A stretch of DNA of 64,000 nucleotides from a virus: positions 1 to 64,000 of IMG/VR virus record IMGVR_UViG_3300027969_003844; one strand, given 5' to 3'. Made by a program: the position numbers and the translations under genes. This document shows positions 15,872-27,046 of the stretch, one piece after another. Below the pieces are notes generated by a model that was not told the origin of the DNA, ran no database searches, and saw only the letters and a list, made by a program, of their open reading frames with translations. The stretch's first letter is position 1; every line of letters begins with the position of its first letter.

Positions 15872-17856
15872 TATATGTAAGATACCTCTACTCTGATATT
15901 ACCACTTGCTGTGTTACTTGGGATTGTTACAACAACATCTTCTCTTGCGGTTGTAATTAAATCTGAGTCTACTACGTAAGTGCCAATCTTGCTGGAACCG
16001 TGTTGGCTGAATTGCCAGATCACATTTGAGCCAACGTCAACGGAGAAGTCCGGAGCACTGGTTAAGTCTTGCAACACAGTGACACTTACATTTAAAATTC
16101 TACGGTCTTCGCTTACTGTTCCAATTGTGGCAGTTGCACCTGGCAACGCTATCACTTGTTTGATTGTTCTTGCATCAACTGCTACGCTACGTTCGCCGCC
16201 AACTTTGGTCCATTGTGTACCACTATATGTGAATGTGGCCCATTCACCATTACCATCATCAATCACATAGCACTGATCACCAACCAATGCGTTTAATGCA
16301 TCACGAGCTGTTATATTAGCCACTACTGAAGTGCCACTTGATCGAATACCTTGTTCAATGTTTAGCCCTAGTGCATAACGTCCGTTTTGTCCGCTCATTA
16401 CACCTGCGGTGTCTAAGAACTGACCGGCAAAGTCTCTGATAGTTAATGGGCCACCATCTAGGCGCATCAAGCGTAATGCAGATGTTGTGGTATTGGCAGG
16501 AGTGCTTTCTGGCAAACTACTTACAGAGTTTGCACCGGCAAAGTTGTTGCCATTGGCATCTGCCCTGATGTTAACAATAGTAATTGCTCCACCAGCATTG
16601 TTTCTTAATTTAATTTCACTACCGTTTGCAACAGTAGCAACAATATCAGTAATCTTGGCGGCATTGATATCTGCTACCATGTCATTTTGATCAGCAACTG
16701 CAGGATCACCATATGCCGCACTGCCACTTGTAGTTGTTGTAAAGTTAACTGTTGTTCCGTTGATACTTGCACTAAAAGGAGTGTAGCCGGCAATAATACC
16801 ATAAGCACTTCCTTGACCAGCAACGTTGCTGAAGACTTCGGTGGCCGCACCAACTTTAACTGCTGTAACTTTATGATTAGGAGTTTCAGCGTTGATTAAT
16901 ACAACTGCATCATCTACACCATATGTGCCATTGCCACTTGACAATGTAATCTGCACTCTATTAATTTCAACTACATCACCATCTAAACCAGTTGGGTCAA
17001 TGCCCAAGCCTGTAGTCGATGTTGTGATAGCATCTGCAATCTTCATGTAGATAGGTCTACGACTTGCATCACTGGCAGTTAAGTCACCGCTGCCGTCTAA
17101 ACTTGGATATAAGTAATCTCCAACAATGCCAGGCAATCCTGGCACAAAGTCAATAATACCATTGGCAGGACGAAGTATAAATTGATCAGGACCTGGACCT
17201 GGGTATACTACTGTACCAATAAAGCGATCAATGTTATTTGGGTCACTAAGTGCAAATTCTTTGTTTTCAATACAAATAGAATCGCCTTGTTCAAATCCAT
17301 GATTTGGTTTTTCCAACAAGTAATTTGTCAGCGGGTTCATGTATTGAAACCTACTCATCACATTGGTAAAGAAGTCAGCGGCAGCATCGCCTGGAATAGG
17401 ATCCAACATTGGGAAACCTAGTTCATTGATTTGGAAGAAGATAACAGGACCAGGTGCGTTAAAAATACCCAATCCGTTTGGATCTCTGAATGTGTTATAA
17501 CGAAGTCTATCCTCGATAATAGCAACTACTTCGCTGTTTGTTTTGGATATGACACTTGTAATTTGTAGAACTTTACCGTCTGATGCTCCTGCAACAAAGT
17601 CGCCTACTTCAATATCTTGGGCATCAAATCTAAAAGGTGTACGAGTCAAGTTACTACCATGCGTTCTTTCTGCAACGGTGAAAGAAACTTGCCAACGGTA
17701 GTATTGCGGATTAGCACCACCACTCCAGTAAGGATCGTCGGAGCTGTTAGCATAGGGCCACGAACTCAATGATATCACTGAATCAGCAGTACCGGAAAGT
17801 ACTTTAGCTGGCTTGTTTAATCCTATAAAATTAGTTTTCCAAGCATTAATTGTCAT
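15871..17856 (-). CDS. putative virion structural/tail protein
   Basis: 661 aa, Gly/Thr/Asn-rich, between fibre genes. Confidence 0.7.
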   Translation of the reverse strand: MTINAWKTNFIGLNKPAKVLSGTADSVISLSSWPYANSSDDPYWSGGANPQYYRWQVSFTVAERTHGSNLTRTPFRFDAQDIEVGDFVAGASDGKVLQITSVISKTNSEVVAIIEDRLRYNTFRDPNGLGIFNAPGPVIFFQINELGFPMLDPIPGDAAADFFTNVMSRFQYMNPLTNYLLEKPNHGFEQGDSICIENKEFALSDPNNIDRFIGTVVYPGPGPDQFILRPANGIIDFVPGLPGIVGDYLYPSLDGSGDLTASDASRRPIYMKIADAITTSTTGLGIDPTGLDGDVVEINRVQITLSSGNGTYGVDDAVVLINAETPNHKVTAVKVGAATEVFSNVAGQGSAYGIIAGYTPFSASINGTTVNFTTTTSGSAAYGDPAVADQNDMVADINAAKITDIVATVANGSEIKLRNNAGGAITIVNIRADANGNNFAGANSVSSLPESTPANTTTSALRLMRLDGGPLTIRDFAGQFLDTAGVMSGQNGRYALGLNIEQGIRSSGTSVVANITARDALNALVGDQCYVIDDGNGEWATFTYSGTQWTKVGGERSVAVDARTIKQVIALPGATATIGTVSEDRRILNVSVTVLQDLTSAPDFSVDVGSNVIWQFSQHGSSKIGTYVVDSDLITTAREDVVVTIPSNTASGNIRVEVSYI

Positions 17857-17865
17857 TTTGTACCT

Positions 17866-20800
17866 TTATACACTACTCAACAAGAACTGTACAACGCAAT
17901 GAGTTGTTTGTCCCACACCTGCACTAGCACCAGTGATACCTTTAGTCAATCCAATAGTCATTGTGTTAACTGCTGGATCAAATGCGCTAAATGCACTTGG
18001 ACTACCACTAGAGCCACCACCTACTAATGTTCTACCTGCTGTAAAGCTACTGGTCACTGCTGTTGCGACATAGGTATTGGTAGATCTTTGATAAGCATAA
18101 ACTTGTGTATTCAACGGAGCACATACACTGCCGGTAAATGTAAATGTTACTGTAGCAACTGTTGAAGTTGCGGTTGCAATAACTGCGCTGATGCCACCAT
18201 TCAAAACACTAACACTTGCTAGGTTACCAGATGCATCATACTCAACTTGTACTGCGGCACGGAAGATACCAGAACTTGAACTTCCGCCTCCGCCACCTGA
18301 ACTAATGGTTGTTGGTGCCCATGCACTACCATTCCATGCAAGTGCTTGCCCTGTAGTTGGAGTTGTATTAGTAACGTCAGCAAACGCATTTAAGTTACTT
18401 TGTCCAAGGCGTGTATCAAACCGTGCGTTTGTATAATATAAGTTTGTACCACCTTCTGTAACATTATCTGTACTTGTGCTTAGACTAAATGTACCAGTTG
18501 AACTGTTGTAGCTTAAACCAGTACCAGCGGCCAAGGCGTTACGAGCAAGTGTATCGCTAAAGTATTTGTTTGTTGTACCTTGATTTAAGTTATCAGTTGT
18601 TTTTGCCGCTAATCTATTGTCCCAACGAGTGTTGGTAAAATATTGATTAGTTGAACCTTCGCTAACATCATCTGTGTTTAATACAACAACACCAGTTTTT
18701 GAATTAACACTTGATACAGCACCACTGCCACCTGCAACACTGCTAGGCGTCCAAGCACTACCTGTCCAAGTCAATACTTGTCCGTTAGTTGGTGCTGTTG
18801 TAACTGTATCAACGTCTGACAATGCGTTAATGCTACTTGCACCAATTCTAACATCTGCACGAGCATCTGCGCGAGTATTTGTAAAGTACAAATTAGCGCC
18901 TTCAGTGATATAGCTTGTGTTAGCACGATATTTGATTTGACCAGTTGCATCATCATAACTGATTAAGCTAGTAATGTTACTGTCACTGATAGAACTTAGT
19001 GCTAATCTTGATCTAGCATCTGTATAATATAGTCTAGTACCTTCTGTGATATCACTGGTTGTTACAGCATTCAATGCTGTTGTCATAGTAATGTTGCCAC
19101 TACCATCAAAACTTGTTAAACCAGTTACTTTACCACTTAGTGTTAATGTACGAGCGGTTGTCCACTTGTTTGCCTTGTTAGCCAAATCAACTTCTAAGTC
19201 ATACCCAGGTTGTGTAGTATTGCCTAAGCCGTAAACTTGTACTGCGCCTGCTTTATTATTGACAGTATAGCTTGTTCCAGTGGCACCAGTAGATCCTGTG
19301 TCACCCTTGACACCTTGAATACCTTGTGGTCCTGTAGCGCCAGTAGCACCTGTGCTACCTTGTGGTCCAACTACGTAGCCTGCATTAATGGTGCTTCCAT
19401 CACTTAATGTAATTTGTAAATTGCCGCCTGCGTCAACCACAACACCACCATTGGCAATGCTTCGTCCTGCAGGGCCGGCGGCCCCCTGTGGACCCTGTGG
19501 ACCAACAGTACTACCAGCATTGATGGTACTAGCATCAGTTAGTGTAACTTGTAAATTGCCCGAACCGTCAACAACTACGCTATAAATTCCAAGACCAGCA
19601 GGTCCTGTGTCACCCTGTGGACCCTGAGCACCAGTAGCACCTGTATCGCCTTTTGGTCCAACTACACTACCAGCATCTACAGTTGAGCTGTCGGTTTTTG
19701 TAATAATTAAGTGACCACTGCCATTTACAGTAGCAGTACTTACGCCAACTCCATTTGTGCCATTTGTGCCATTTGTACCAGCTGGCCCTGCGGCACCTGT
19801 AGCACCTGTATCACCTTTAGCGCCAGTAGCACCTGTATCACCCTTTGGTCCAATAACCAAACCAGCATCAATAATTGAGCTGTCGGATCTAGTAATAATT
19901 AATCTACCACTGCCGTTAACTGCGGCGCCACTTACAGATAAACCTGCTGGGCCTTGGCTACCTGTATCACCCTTGATACCTTGACTACCAGTTGCACCAG
20001 TCGCACCTTGTGGTCCAATTACGCTACCAGCATTGATAGTTGAGTTGTCTTGTTTAGTTAAAATTAACTCGCCACTGCCATTTACAGCGGCAGCTTTGAT
20101 ACCGGATACATTTCCAGCATCAACTACTGTGTTATCGCTTAATGTTAATTGTAAACGACCTGCTAGAGTTACGGCTGCGGCACTAATGCTTAAACCAATA
20201 TCACCCTTTGGACCTTGTGGACCTGTATCACCTTTGGCACCACTGTTATTAACTGCTATCCACTGTGAGCCATTCCAACCTAAAAGCTGTCCAGCACTTG
20301 CGTTGGCCAAGTTTACATTAGATAGTTGACCTAATGTTGTTGTACTTGGTAAAGCGGCAATAGTGTCGTCAACATATTTCTTAGTTGCGGCCTGTAAGTC
20401 TAGAGTAGGAGCACCTGACAATGTCAATGCACCAGTCATTGTGCCGCCAGACTTTAATAATACGTCTGCGGCAAAGTTTGGATTGTTAGCAATAGCCGCT
20501 GACAATTCATTCAATGTGTTTAGTAAATTAGGAGCACCGTTGACTAAATTACCAATTTGATTGTTTACATAAGTCTGTGTAGCATAACCATTTGTAGTTA
20601 AGTAATTACCCAACGCTGTTAAGTCAATACTACTGCCACCACCGACTGCACTGATAACACCATTGCCATCAATAACAATTGTAGTACCATCAACCTTAAC
20701 ACCGCCCTTTGTTGCTATACTTGCAGTAGGTAATATATATTCAGCTGGGATTATTGGCTTGTTTGTTAAGTCGTTGTAGTTTCCACTGAAACTATTTCCA

Positions 20801-21243
20801 CCACCTTGTACTGTTACATTAGCAACACCATCTACTACGTTAACACTTGCACCACTTACAAAGTTAATGCTGGTAAAGTTTCCGCGATTTGAAGTGTTCT
20901 CATACACTGAAATGTTATTAAGACCGCCTGTAATCGTAGCAATATTATTTTGAACAGAAACGCCAGGACCAACAAAGTTTAAAGTTGTTGCATTACCACG
21001 TGCAGTACCATTTTCTTTAACAGTGATATTGCCAGAACTATTTCCACCACCAGAGCCGCCTGCTAAACTTAAAACAAGTTTGCCAGTTGCGTCATCGTAT
21101 GCGGCTTGCAAGCCAATGCTAATGTCACTGCCGCCAACGGTAATTTCATTTGCTACAATGTCTTGAACTTCTTCCTCAGTGAGGCCACCGCCGCCACCTG
21201 TTCCGCCTTGTAGTTGTCCCCCTGAAGATGCGTTAATCGCCAT
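17866..21243 (-). CDS. long tail fibre with collagen-like Gly-X-Y segments
   Basis: GPQG/GATG triplet runs, six repeated beta modules, EG..NLYFT repeats. Confidence 0.85.
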   Translation of the reverse strand: MAINASSGGQLQGGTGGGGGLTEEEVQDIVANEITVGGSDISIGLQAAYDDATGKLVLSLAGGSGGGNSSGNITVKENGTARGNATTLNFVGPGVSVQNNIATITGGLNNISVYENTSNRGNFTSINFVSGASVNVVDGVANVTVQGGGNSFSGNYNDLTNKPIIPAEYILPTASIATKGGVKVDGTTIVIDGNGVISAVGGGSSIDLTALGNYLTTNGYATQTYVNNQIGNLVNGAPNLLNTLNELSAAIANNPNFAADVLLKSGGTMTGALTLSGAPTLDLQAATKKYVDDTIAALPSTTTLGQLSNVNLANASAGQLLGWNGSQWIAVNNSGAKGDTGPQGPKGDIGLSISAAAVTLAGRLQLTLSDNTVVDAGNVSGIKAAAVNGSGELILTKQDNSTINAGSVIGPQGATGATGSQGIKGDTGSQGPAGLSVSGAAVNGSGRLIITRSDSSIIDAGLVIGPKGDTGATGAKGDTGATGAAGPAGTNGTNGTNGVGVSTATVNGSGHLIITKTDSSTVDAGSVVGPKGDTGATGAQGPQGDTGPAGLGIYSVVVDGSGNLQVTLTDASTINAGSTVGPQGPQGAAGPAGRSIANGGVVVDAGGNLQITLSDGSTINAGYVVGPQGSTGATGATGPQGIQGVKGDTGSTGATGTSYTVNNKAGAVQVYGLGNTTQPGYDLEVDLANKANKWTTARTLTLSGKVTGLTSFDGSGNITMTTALNAVTTSDITEGTRLYYTDARSRLALSSISDSNITSLISYDDATGQIKYRANTSYITEGANLYFTNTRADARADVRIGASSINALSDVDTVTTAPTNGQVLTWTGSAWTPSSVAGGSGAVSSVNSKTGVVVLNTDDVSEGSTNQYFTNTRWDNRLAAKTTDNLNQGTTNKYFSDTLARNALAAGTGLSYNSSTGTFSLSTSTDNVTEGGTNLYYTNARFDTRLGQSNLNAFADVTNTTPTTGQALAWNGSAWAPTTISSGGGGGSSSSGIFRAAVQVEYDASGNLASVSVLNGGISAVIATATSTVATVTFTFTGSVCAPLNTQVYAYQRSTNTYVATAVTSSFTAGRTLVGGGSSGSPSAFSAFDPAVNTMTIGLTKGITGASAGVGQTTHCVVQFLLSSV

Positions 21244-21265
21244 TTTATAGTTCTCCTGTTATTCT

Positions 21266-21640
21266 TTATAGGCTTAAAATCACTCGTTCACAAGTGCCTA
21301 GTTGATCTATCGTTTGATTTAAATGGCTTCTTACAATCTTAGCTCTTAGATATACAAAATTGCCAACAATGTTAAATGTTTCAACTTTGGTCTCAGCACT
21401 GTCTACGCTAAAATAAGGCAATCCGCTAGTACCTAATCCAATTGGAAACCAATCAGATTCAGCTGGATTATCGCTAATTGATGCTTCAATCATTAAACGA
21501 CCTTTGAAATTTTTTAAATAAAAACCAATGGTATGCATGCCATCAGCAAACCCATAATAACCATCAGCGCGAGTTGCTGGTCCGGTTTGGTCCAGCGAAA
21601 GTCCGTCTGTGATTAGCATGTTGGTGTTACGCATTGACAT
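21266..21640 (-). CDS. putative structural protein
   Basis: ORF track, operon context. Confidence 0.65.
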   Translation of the reverse strand: MSMRNTNMLITDGLSLDQTGPATRADGYYGFADGMHTIGFYLKNFKGRLMIEASISDNPAESDWFPIGLGTSGLPYFSVDSAETKVETFNIVGNFVYLRAKIVRSHLNQTIDQLGTCERVILSL

Positions 21641-21644
21641 GTAA

Positions 21645-21809
21645 TTATTCCTTAATAATTTCTACCACCACATCTGCACCAACAAGTTCTTGCACAATTG
21701 CTTCTAAGCTAACGGTTGTATCGTCGCTGACAATTGTATCTACATGTTCATTATCTTTATGTAGTTTGCTTACCTTGATTACAATGTGTTCTTCGTGTAT
21801 TTTTGCCAT
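21645..21809 (-). CDS. small protein (MAKIHEEH...)
   Basis: GGAGG RBS and TAAATA upstream. Confidence 0.65.
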   Translation of the reverse strand: MAKIHEEHIVIKVSKLHKDNEHVDTIVSDDTTVSLEAIVQELVGADVVVEIIKE

Positions 21810-21861
21810 AAAAAAGCCTCCAACTATATTTAGCGGAGGCTTGCCTTTTAGTGCAAAAAAA

Positions 21862-22494
21862 TTACTCTGGATTACGTATTCGTTCAAAACGATCAATAAA
21901 ATCGCCCAATTGTAATCGCAAAAGTGCGGCATCTTCTGAAGATCTCAAGTAAAGAAACAAAGGTTGTCCCCATCCAGATCTATTAGCTTTAGATTCATTA
22001 CTGATAATGTGTTTCAATAACCCACTGGCATGCCAATCCAGTGGATCCAATGAATTAACTGCTGATTTTAGTGTATCAATTCCTGTGTTTATAAATGAAT
22101 CAGTGTACTTGATACATGCTCGAACTTCAAACTTCCCGTACCATGGAGTTGCTCTAATAATGTCACGGGTGTGTGTTAGTAATAAACGTTCAGCATTGGC
22201 ATTGCTAGGTTTCCAGACTTCAAGTGCAAGACTGTCCCATTTATCTAATAATAGTTCTAACTCCGATTCGGTGTGTAAAAATACACTTAAATTTGATTCT
22301 TGCCGCAAGCCACAATCTTCAAAGTTGTCACGACACCAAGATTTAATAGTATTAGAATGTTGCCTTCGTTGTTGAAGTTCTGTATTATTTGAACGATAGC
22401 CATAGTGACTAGATTTACGCTCTGGTAAAATAGCAATGATGGCCTTATAAGGCCATTTTTTCCAAAATAGCCTTTGAGTAGCATGTACCTTCAT
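21862..22494 (-). CDS. hypothetical phage protein
   Basis: coupled to the clpA stop. Confidence 0.7.
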   Translation of the reverse strand: MKVHATQRLFWKKWPYKAIIAILPERKSSHYGYRSNNTELQQRRQHSNTIKSWCRDNFEDCGLRQESNLSVFLHTESELELLLDKWDSLALEVWKPSNANAERLLLTHTRDIIRATPWYGKFEVRACIKYTDSFINTGIDTLKSAVNSLDPLDWHASGLLKHIISNESKANRSGWGQPLFLYLRSSEDAALLRLQLGDFIDRFERIRNPE

Positions 22495-24707
22495 TATGAA
22501 ATTACTAATTCATTGTTAACACAACTTACGTTATGTGATAACATTCCGTCTTTGATAATACGTTTAGCAATAGGCAACCGAATCTGCTCGTTTATTAAAC
22601 GCTTCATTGGTCGAGCACCCATAGTTTCGCTGTATCCGTTTTCAGCCAAATAGTCCAACGAGCTATCGTCATAGTTAACTGTCTGTCCTTGTTCAACAAG
22701 TTGATCAACAATTTGACGCATAAACTTGTCTGCAATACGCCGAGTTACTTCTTTTGCCAAACGATTGAACTTGACCACTGCGTCTAAACGATTTCGGAAT
22801 TCAGGAGTAAAGAATCTCTTTACCGCTTCATCAGTTGCACTGTCATTGAAACCTCCGCCAAAGCCAATGATGTTCTTTTCACTGTCGGCCGCACCTAAAT
22901 TGCTGGTTAAAATAACAAATGCATTTCGAGCACTGGCCTGTTTATTGTCACTGCCAGTAACAATACCATTGTCCATTAAACCAAGCAAGACTTGAATAAC
23001 ATCTGGATGTGCTTTTTCAATTTCATCAAATAGTAGTACGCAATTAGGTACACGCTCTAGTTCATTGATTAACTTACCAGAACCAGTTTTACCTTCGCCA
23101 TATCCAACGTATCCCGGAGGACTACCAATTAGCGAAGCAATTTTATGAGGTTCACGATACTCGCTCATATCAAAACGGATCATCTCCATGCCCAGACCTT
23201 CGGCAAGTTGATTTGCAAGTTCTGTTTTACCAGTACCAGTTGGGCCAACAAACAAGAAATTGGCCATTGGGCGATTGACTTCTTTAAGGCCCGACTTGGC
23301 AATATACACCATGTTCATTAGTCGCTCAATTGCATCATCTTGACCAAACACATTTGTACGCATACGACTTTCTAAGTCTGTAACTGCAATGTTTTTATGT
23401 TCGCCAAGTTGTTCAATTGGTACGCGAGTAATTTCACTGACTTCTAGTCTGATATTATCTTTGTTTACTTCTGAACCAATTGGTGCGTTTGTGACACGTA
23501 ATCGTGACATTGATGCATCAATAATATCAATGGCCTTATCTGGCAACTTCTTATCTAGCATGTACTTCATTGAAAGATCAATTGCTAGATCAATTGCTTC
23601 TTCGCGGATACTTAACTTATGATAATCAGAATAAATTGGAGCAACTCGACGCAACATAATTCGAGTATCTTCAACTGACATTTCATTAATGTCAACACGA
23701 GTAAATCTACGTAGTAACGCACGGTCTTTTTCAAAGTTCTCACGGAACTCGTCGTAAGTGGTGCTACCAATACAGCGCAAGCGGCCTTTCTCTAGTGCTG
23801 GCTTTAACAAATTTGCAACGTCCATGCTGCCTTGTCCGCCGGAACCTGCACCCATGATCATATGAATTTCATCAATGAATAAGATGGCATCATCACGTTC
23901 TTCTAGAGCTTCAAGTACATGTTGCATACGTTCTTCAAAGTCTCCTCGATAACGTGTGCCAGCAAGAAGCTTGCCAATATCCAGGCTATAAATTGTTTTT
24001 TTCTTTAAGACTTCTGGCACTTCGTTGCGAACAATGGCCACAGCTAGTCCTTCGACAATTGCAGTTTTACCTACACCAGGGTCACCAACCATAATTGCAT
24101 TGTTTTTCTTCTTGCGTGTCAGGGTTTGTGCAAGACGGAACACTTCTTTCTCACGCCCAATCAACGGATCAATAAGTTTTTTCTCTGCACTTCTGTTCAA
24201 GTTTGTTGTGTACTTGTTTAGAACTTTTTCACTGTCGCGCTTCTTAGCAGTTTTACTTTCCTTGCTATGAGTATCTTTTAACTTACCAACATAATTTAAA
24301 ATTACTTCTTTGGTAACACCGTTCTTGCCCAAGAAGAAATTGGCATGACTATTTTTTTCACTGGTAATACTAATCAGTAAATCCAATGGTTCCATGTGAC
24401 CACGGCCAGTAAAGATTGCCTGTGTATAAGCACGATTGAAGCAACGTTCTAAAGTTGCAGTTTTGCGTGGCTTGGCCACACCTTCAACCCGGATGTCTTC
24501 TTGATCTCGTAACCATTCGTTGATCTCATCACCAAGTGACATTACATCAACATTTAATTCTCCAAGAACATTACGAATCTCTTCTTCGTCGAGCATGACT
24601 CGAAGAATATGTTCTAGCGTAACGTATTCATGTTCTCTGCTTAATGCATCCTGGAATGCACGGGCAATAACCTCGTTGATACGTTGATTATCTGATTCTT
24701 GGCTCAT
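22494..24707 (-). CDS. clpA: ATP-dependent Clp protease ATP-binding subunit ClpA
   Basis: Clp N-domain (HEYVTLEH), two AAA+ domains ([16 protein letters not shown]), IGFG loop. Confidence 0.9.
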   Translation of the reverse strand: MSQESDNQRINEVIARAFQDALSREHEYVTLEHILRVMLDEEEIRNVLGELNVDVMSLGDEINEWLRDQEDIRVEGVAKPRKTATLERCFNRAYTQAIFTGRGHMEPLDLLISITSEKNSHANFFLGKNGVTKEVILNYVGKLKDTHSKESKTAKKRDSEKVLNKYTTNLNRSAEKKLIDPLIGREKEVFRLAQTLTRKKKNNAIMVGDPGVGKTAIVEGLAVAIVRNEVPEVLKKKTIYSLDIGKLLAGTRYRGDFEERMQHVLEALEERDDAILFIDEIHMIMGAGSGGQGSMDVANLLKPALEKGRLRCIGSTTYDEFRENFEKDRALLRRFTRVDINEMSVEDTRIMLRRVAPIYSDYHKLSIREEAIDLAIDLSMKYMLDKKLPDKAIDIIDASMSRLRVTNAPIGSEVNKDNIRLEVSEITRVPIEQLGEHKNIAVTDLESRMRTNVFGQDDAIERLMNMVYIAKSGLKEVNRPMANFLFVGPTGTGKTELANQLAEGLGMEMIRFDMSEYREPHKIASLIGSPPGYVGYGEGKTGSGKLINELERVPNCVLLFDEIEKAHPDVIQVLLGLMDNGIVTGSDNKQASARNAFVILTSNLGAADSEKNIIGFGGGFNDSATDEAVKRFFTPEFRNRLDAVVKFNRLAKEVTRRIADKFMRQIVDQLVEQGQTVNYDDSSLDYLAENGYSETMGARPMKRLINEQIRLPIAKRIIKDGMLSHNVSCVNNELVIS

Positions 24708-25204
24708 ATAACTACCTTCTTAAATTTACGTAACTTTTTAATTTGCTTAGTTCTAGCTAACTGTAGTCCCAATTTTGATGAGCGATCAGTGAATGTAACA
24801 CCATTTAAATGATCAAGCTCATGTACATAACATCTAGCTAAAATTCCATCAAATCGCTGTTCTACTACCTCACCATTGAGTGTGGTATAACGAGCATGTA
24901 CCCACTTTGGCCTACGAATATTTAACCAAAGTGCAGGGAATGATAAACAACCTTCTGGTCCTATTTCGTCAGGCCCGTTTTCTATAATTGTTGGATTAAT
25001 ACAAACATAGTTGGGTCCTTCTTGTGGACCCATAACAAACATCCGTACTGCCATTCCACACTGTGGTGCAGCCAGGCCAATGCCTCCATTGCTCCACATT
25101 ATCAAAAACATATCTTTGGCCAAAGATTCTAAATTAATATCTGCGTCTGTTACAGGAATAGACGCTTTTAATATTGGATGATTTTCTTCTACAAGTTCTA
25201 ACAT
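24704..25204 (-). CDS. def: peptide deformylase
   Basis: GIGLAAPQ, EGCLS, HELDH. Confidence 0.92.
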   Translation of the reverse strand: MLELVEENHPILKASIPVTDADINLESLAKDMFLIMWSNGGIGLAAPQCGMAVRMFVMGPQEGPNYVCINPTIIENGPDEIGPEGCLSFPALWLNIRRPKWVHARYTTLNGEVVEQRFDGILARCYVHELDHLNGVTFTDRSSKLGLQLARTKQIKKLRKFKKVVI

Positions 25205-25216
25205 ATGATAAGTTTA

Positions 25217-25999
25217 CTAAATTCTTCCCTGTAAGTCAATGATCGATTTGTTCATATCTTCACTGGACAGTTGTGGTATCTTTACAATTACTACAATGAA
25301 TGCATTTCCTCTAAGAGAAGAACCTCGTATATTCATGCCCCTATTCTTTAATCTTAACTGAGCGCCAGGTTGAACTCCAGCTGGTATACTTACTTCTATG
25401 CTTGATCCATCAATATCCGTTACCATAAGCTTAGATCCAATCATTGCATCCCATACAGAAATTGTACATTCTGCATACAGGTCATGATTTTTAACTTCCC
25501 AGGTACCATGTGGTTGAATGGCAAGTTTAACGTACAAATCGCCTGGGGGCTGTTGTGGCAACAACTCTCCGCCTTCGCCTGCATATCGTATTTTAATATC
25601 TTTGGTTGAGCCTGATGGAAAATTAACCCATATTTTCTTCAGAGTGCCTTCCGGTGTAGTAAATTTAATTTCCCTGGAAAATCCAGTGTGCGCTTCTTCC
25701 AGTGTTGCATGAGTTGTAATATGAATGTCGGGATTTCTAACATTACGTGCAGACCAATGAAAGTCAAAATTACCAGATGTTGAACGACCTTGGTTCCTAA
25801 AAAAGTCTCCGAACGCATCGGTTGTATCTGCTTTGCCAGATACTATCATCTCATAAGCTTCTTTGATTTTTTTAAATTCTTCAGCATCACCGCCACGGTC
25901 GGGATGATGTATCATTGCTAATTTACGATAAGCCTGTTTGACTTCTTCGTCTGTAGCACCGTTTGTGAGTCCGAGTATTTTATAGTAATCTGATGTCAC
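25217..25999 (-). CDS. DnaJ/CbpA-like chaperone
   Basis: J-domain HPD, DnaJ C-terminal GDLYV, no Zn finger. Confidence 0.88.
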   Translation of the reverse strand: MTSDYYKILGLTNGATDEEVKQAYRKLAMIHHPDRGGDAEEFKKIKEAYEMIVSGKADTTDAFGDFFRNQGRSTSGNFDFHWSARNVRNPDIHITTHATLEEAHTGFSREIKFTTPEGTLKKIWVNFPSGSTKDIKIRYAGEGGELLPQQPPGDLYVKLAIQPHGTWEVKNHDLYAECTISVWDAMIGSKLMVTDIDGSSIEVSIPAGVQPGAQLRLKNRGMNIRGSSLRGNAFIVVIVKIPQLSSEDMNKSIIDLQGRI

Positions 26000-26010
26000 G
26001 GATTAGATTA

Positions 26011-26298
26011 CTATTTGACACTGTCAAACGCTTTTTTCTGTTCTCTATACCAATCTTGCCATGCACTTGTTATCTCAGAACATGAATGATATTTTGAATA
26101 GTTTTTGTTGACAGTTTCTAGTAACTCACTTAGTTTAACTTCTGGTTTACCAATTGTGCTTAGGGCAGGACATTCATTGAGAAGCTCATCTGGCACAGTG
26201 GGGAAAGTCCTGACCACAGGAACAGTTGTAGTTGCACATCCAGATAACAATATGCTTAGTGTTAATAATATTAGTTCTTTGGTAGGAAGTCTTGCCAT
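26011..26298 (-). CDS. Rz1-like outer spanin lipoprotein
   Basis: lipobox LSGC, Pro-rich, overlaps upstream gene. Confidence 0.65.
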   Translation of the reverse strand: MARLPTKELILLTLSILLSGCATTTVPVVRTFPTVPDELLNECPALSTIGKPEVKLSELLETVNKNYSKYHSCSEITSAWQDWYREQKKAFDSVK

Positions 26299-26807
26299 GG
26301 TCTTTTTGCTTTCGGTTGTGCTGCCTTATTAAAATCGCGTGTGCTTACAGTTGAATCAGTGCTCAAAACAACATCTTTAATTTCAATTCCTGCGGCACTT
26401 GCATCGTGTGCAGTAATTGCTGATTGTGGTATCTTGCATGCCGCATCTGAAATAGCAACTTCTTTTTCAATATACTCTTTAATCACATCACCTTGTTTTT
26501 CAATTACTTTGGTTCTTGTAATGTACTTGGTAACAATTTTTGTGTTTATTTCGGCGGACATTGCTTCAGCCTGAGCCACTTTAATTTCTAATTCTGAAAC
26601 TTTGATTTTCCATTCATTGTCTTTAGAAATTCCGCCTTCATACCATACGCCCAGTACGACTAAAATAATACCAAGAACCTGTAAAGGTAACCCATATGAT
26701 TTAATAAATGGAATTGCGGATAATAGCCAGCTGGACAGTATCACTAGAATACCAGCAATCAATGTTAAATGAAAAATCCAATCTGGTAAGAAGTTTAATA
26801 TCCACAT
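26271..26807 (-). CDS. Rz-like inner spanin
   Basis: N-terminal TM helices, coiled coil, C-terminal Cys. Confidence 0.6.
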   Translation of the reverse strand: MWILNFLPDWIFHLTLIAGILVILSSWLLSAIPFIKSYGLPLQVLGIILVVLGVWYEGGISKDNEWKIKVSELEIKVAQAEAMSAEINTKIVTKYITRTKVIEKQGDVIKEYIEKEVAISDAACKIPQSAITAHDASAAGIEIKDVVLSTDSTVSTRDFNKAAQPKAKRPWQDFLPKN

Positions 26808-26815
26808 ACTCTACT

Positions 26816-27037
26816 CTATATTCTATGTCGGAACATGATCCGACCCTTTGTCATATCATACGGACTTATTTCGACGTCAACCAAGTCACCTGGTATGATA
26901 TTAATTTTATGCATTCTGAGCTTGCCTGCTAGGTGCCCTAGAATTTCATGCCCAGAATCAAGTTTAATCTTGAATACTGCATTTGGTAAAGCGTCAGTGA
27001 TATGACCCTTGACTAAAAGACTTTCTGATTTTGCCAC
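26816..27037 (-). CDS. infA: translation initiation factor IF-1
   Basis: LPNAVF...GKLRMHKINIIPGD.V.VEISPYDMTKGRI. Confidence 0.92.
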   Translation of the reverse strand: MAKSESLLVKGHITDALPNAVFKIKLDSGHEILGHLAGKLRMHKINIIPGDLVDVEISPYDMTKGRIMFRHRI

Positions 27038-27046
27038 AACAACGAA

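Noticed and set aside
15980-20560. Many plus-strand ORFs opposite the fibre genes, and similar antisense ORFs elsewhere
   Set aside because: Shadow frames of Gly/Thr/Ala-rich genes; no RBS or recognisable motifs.
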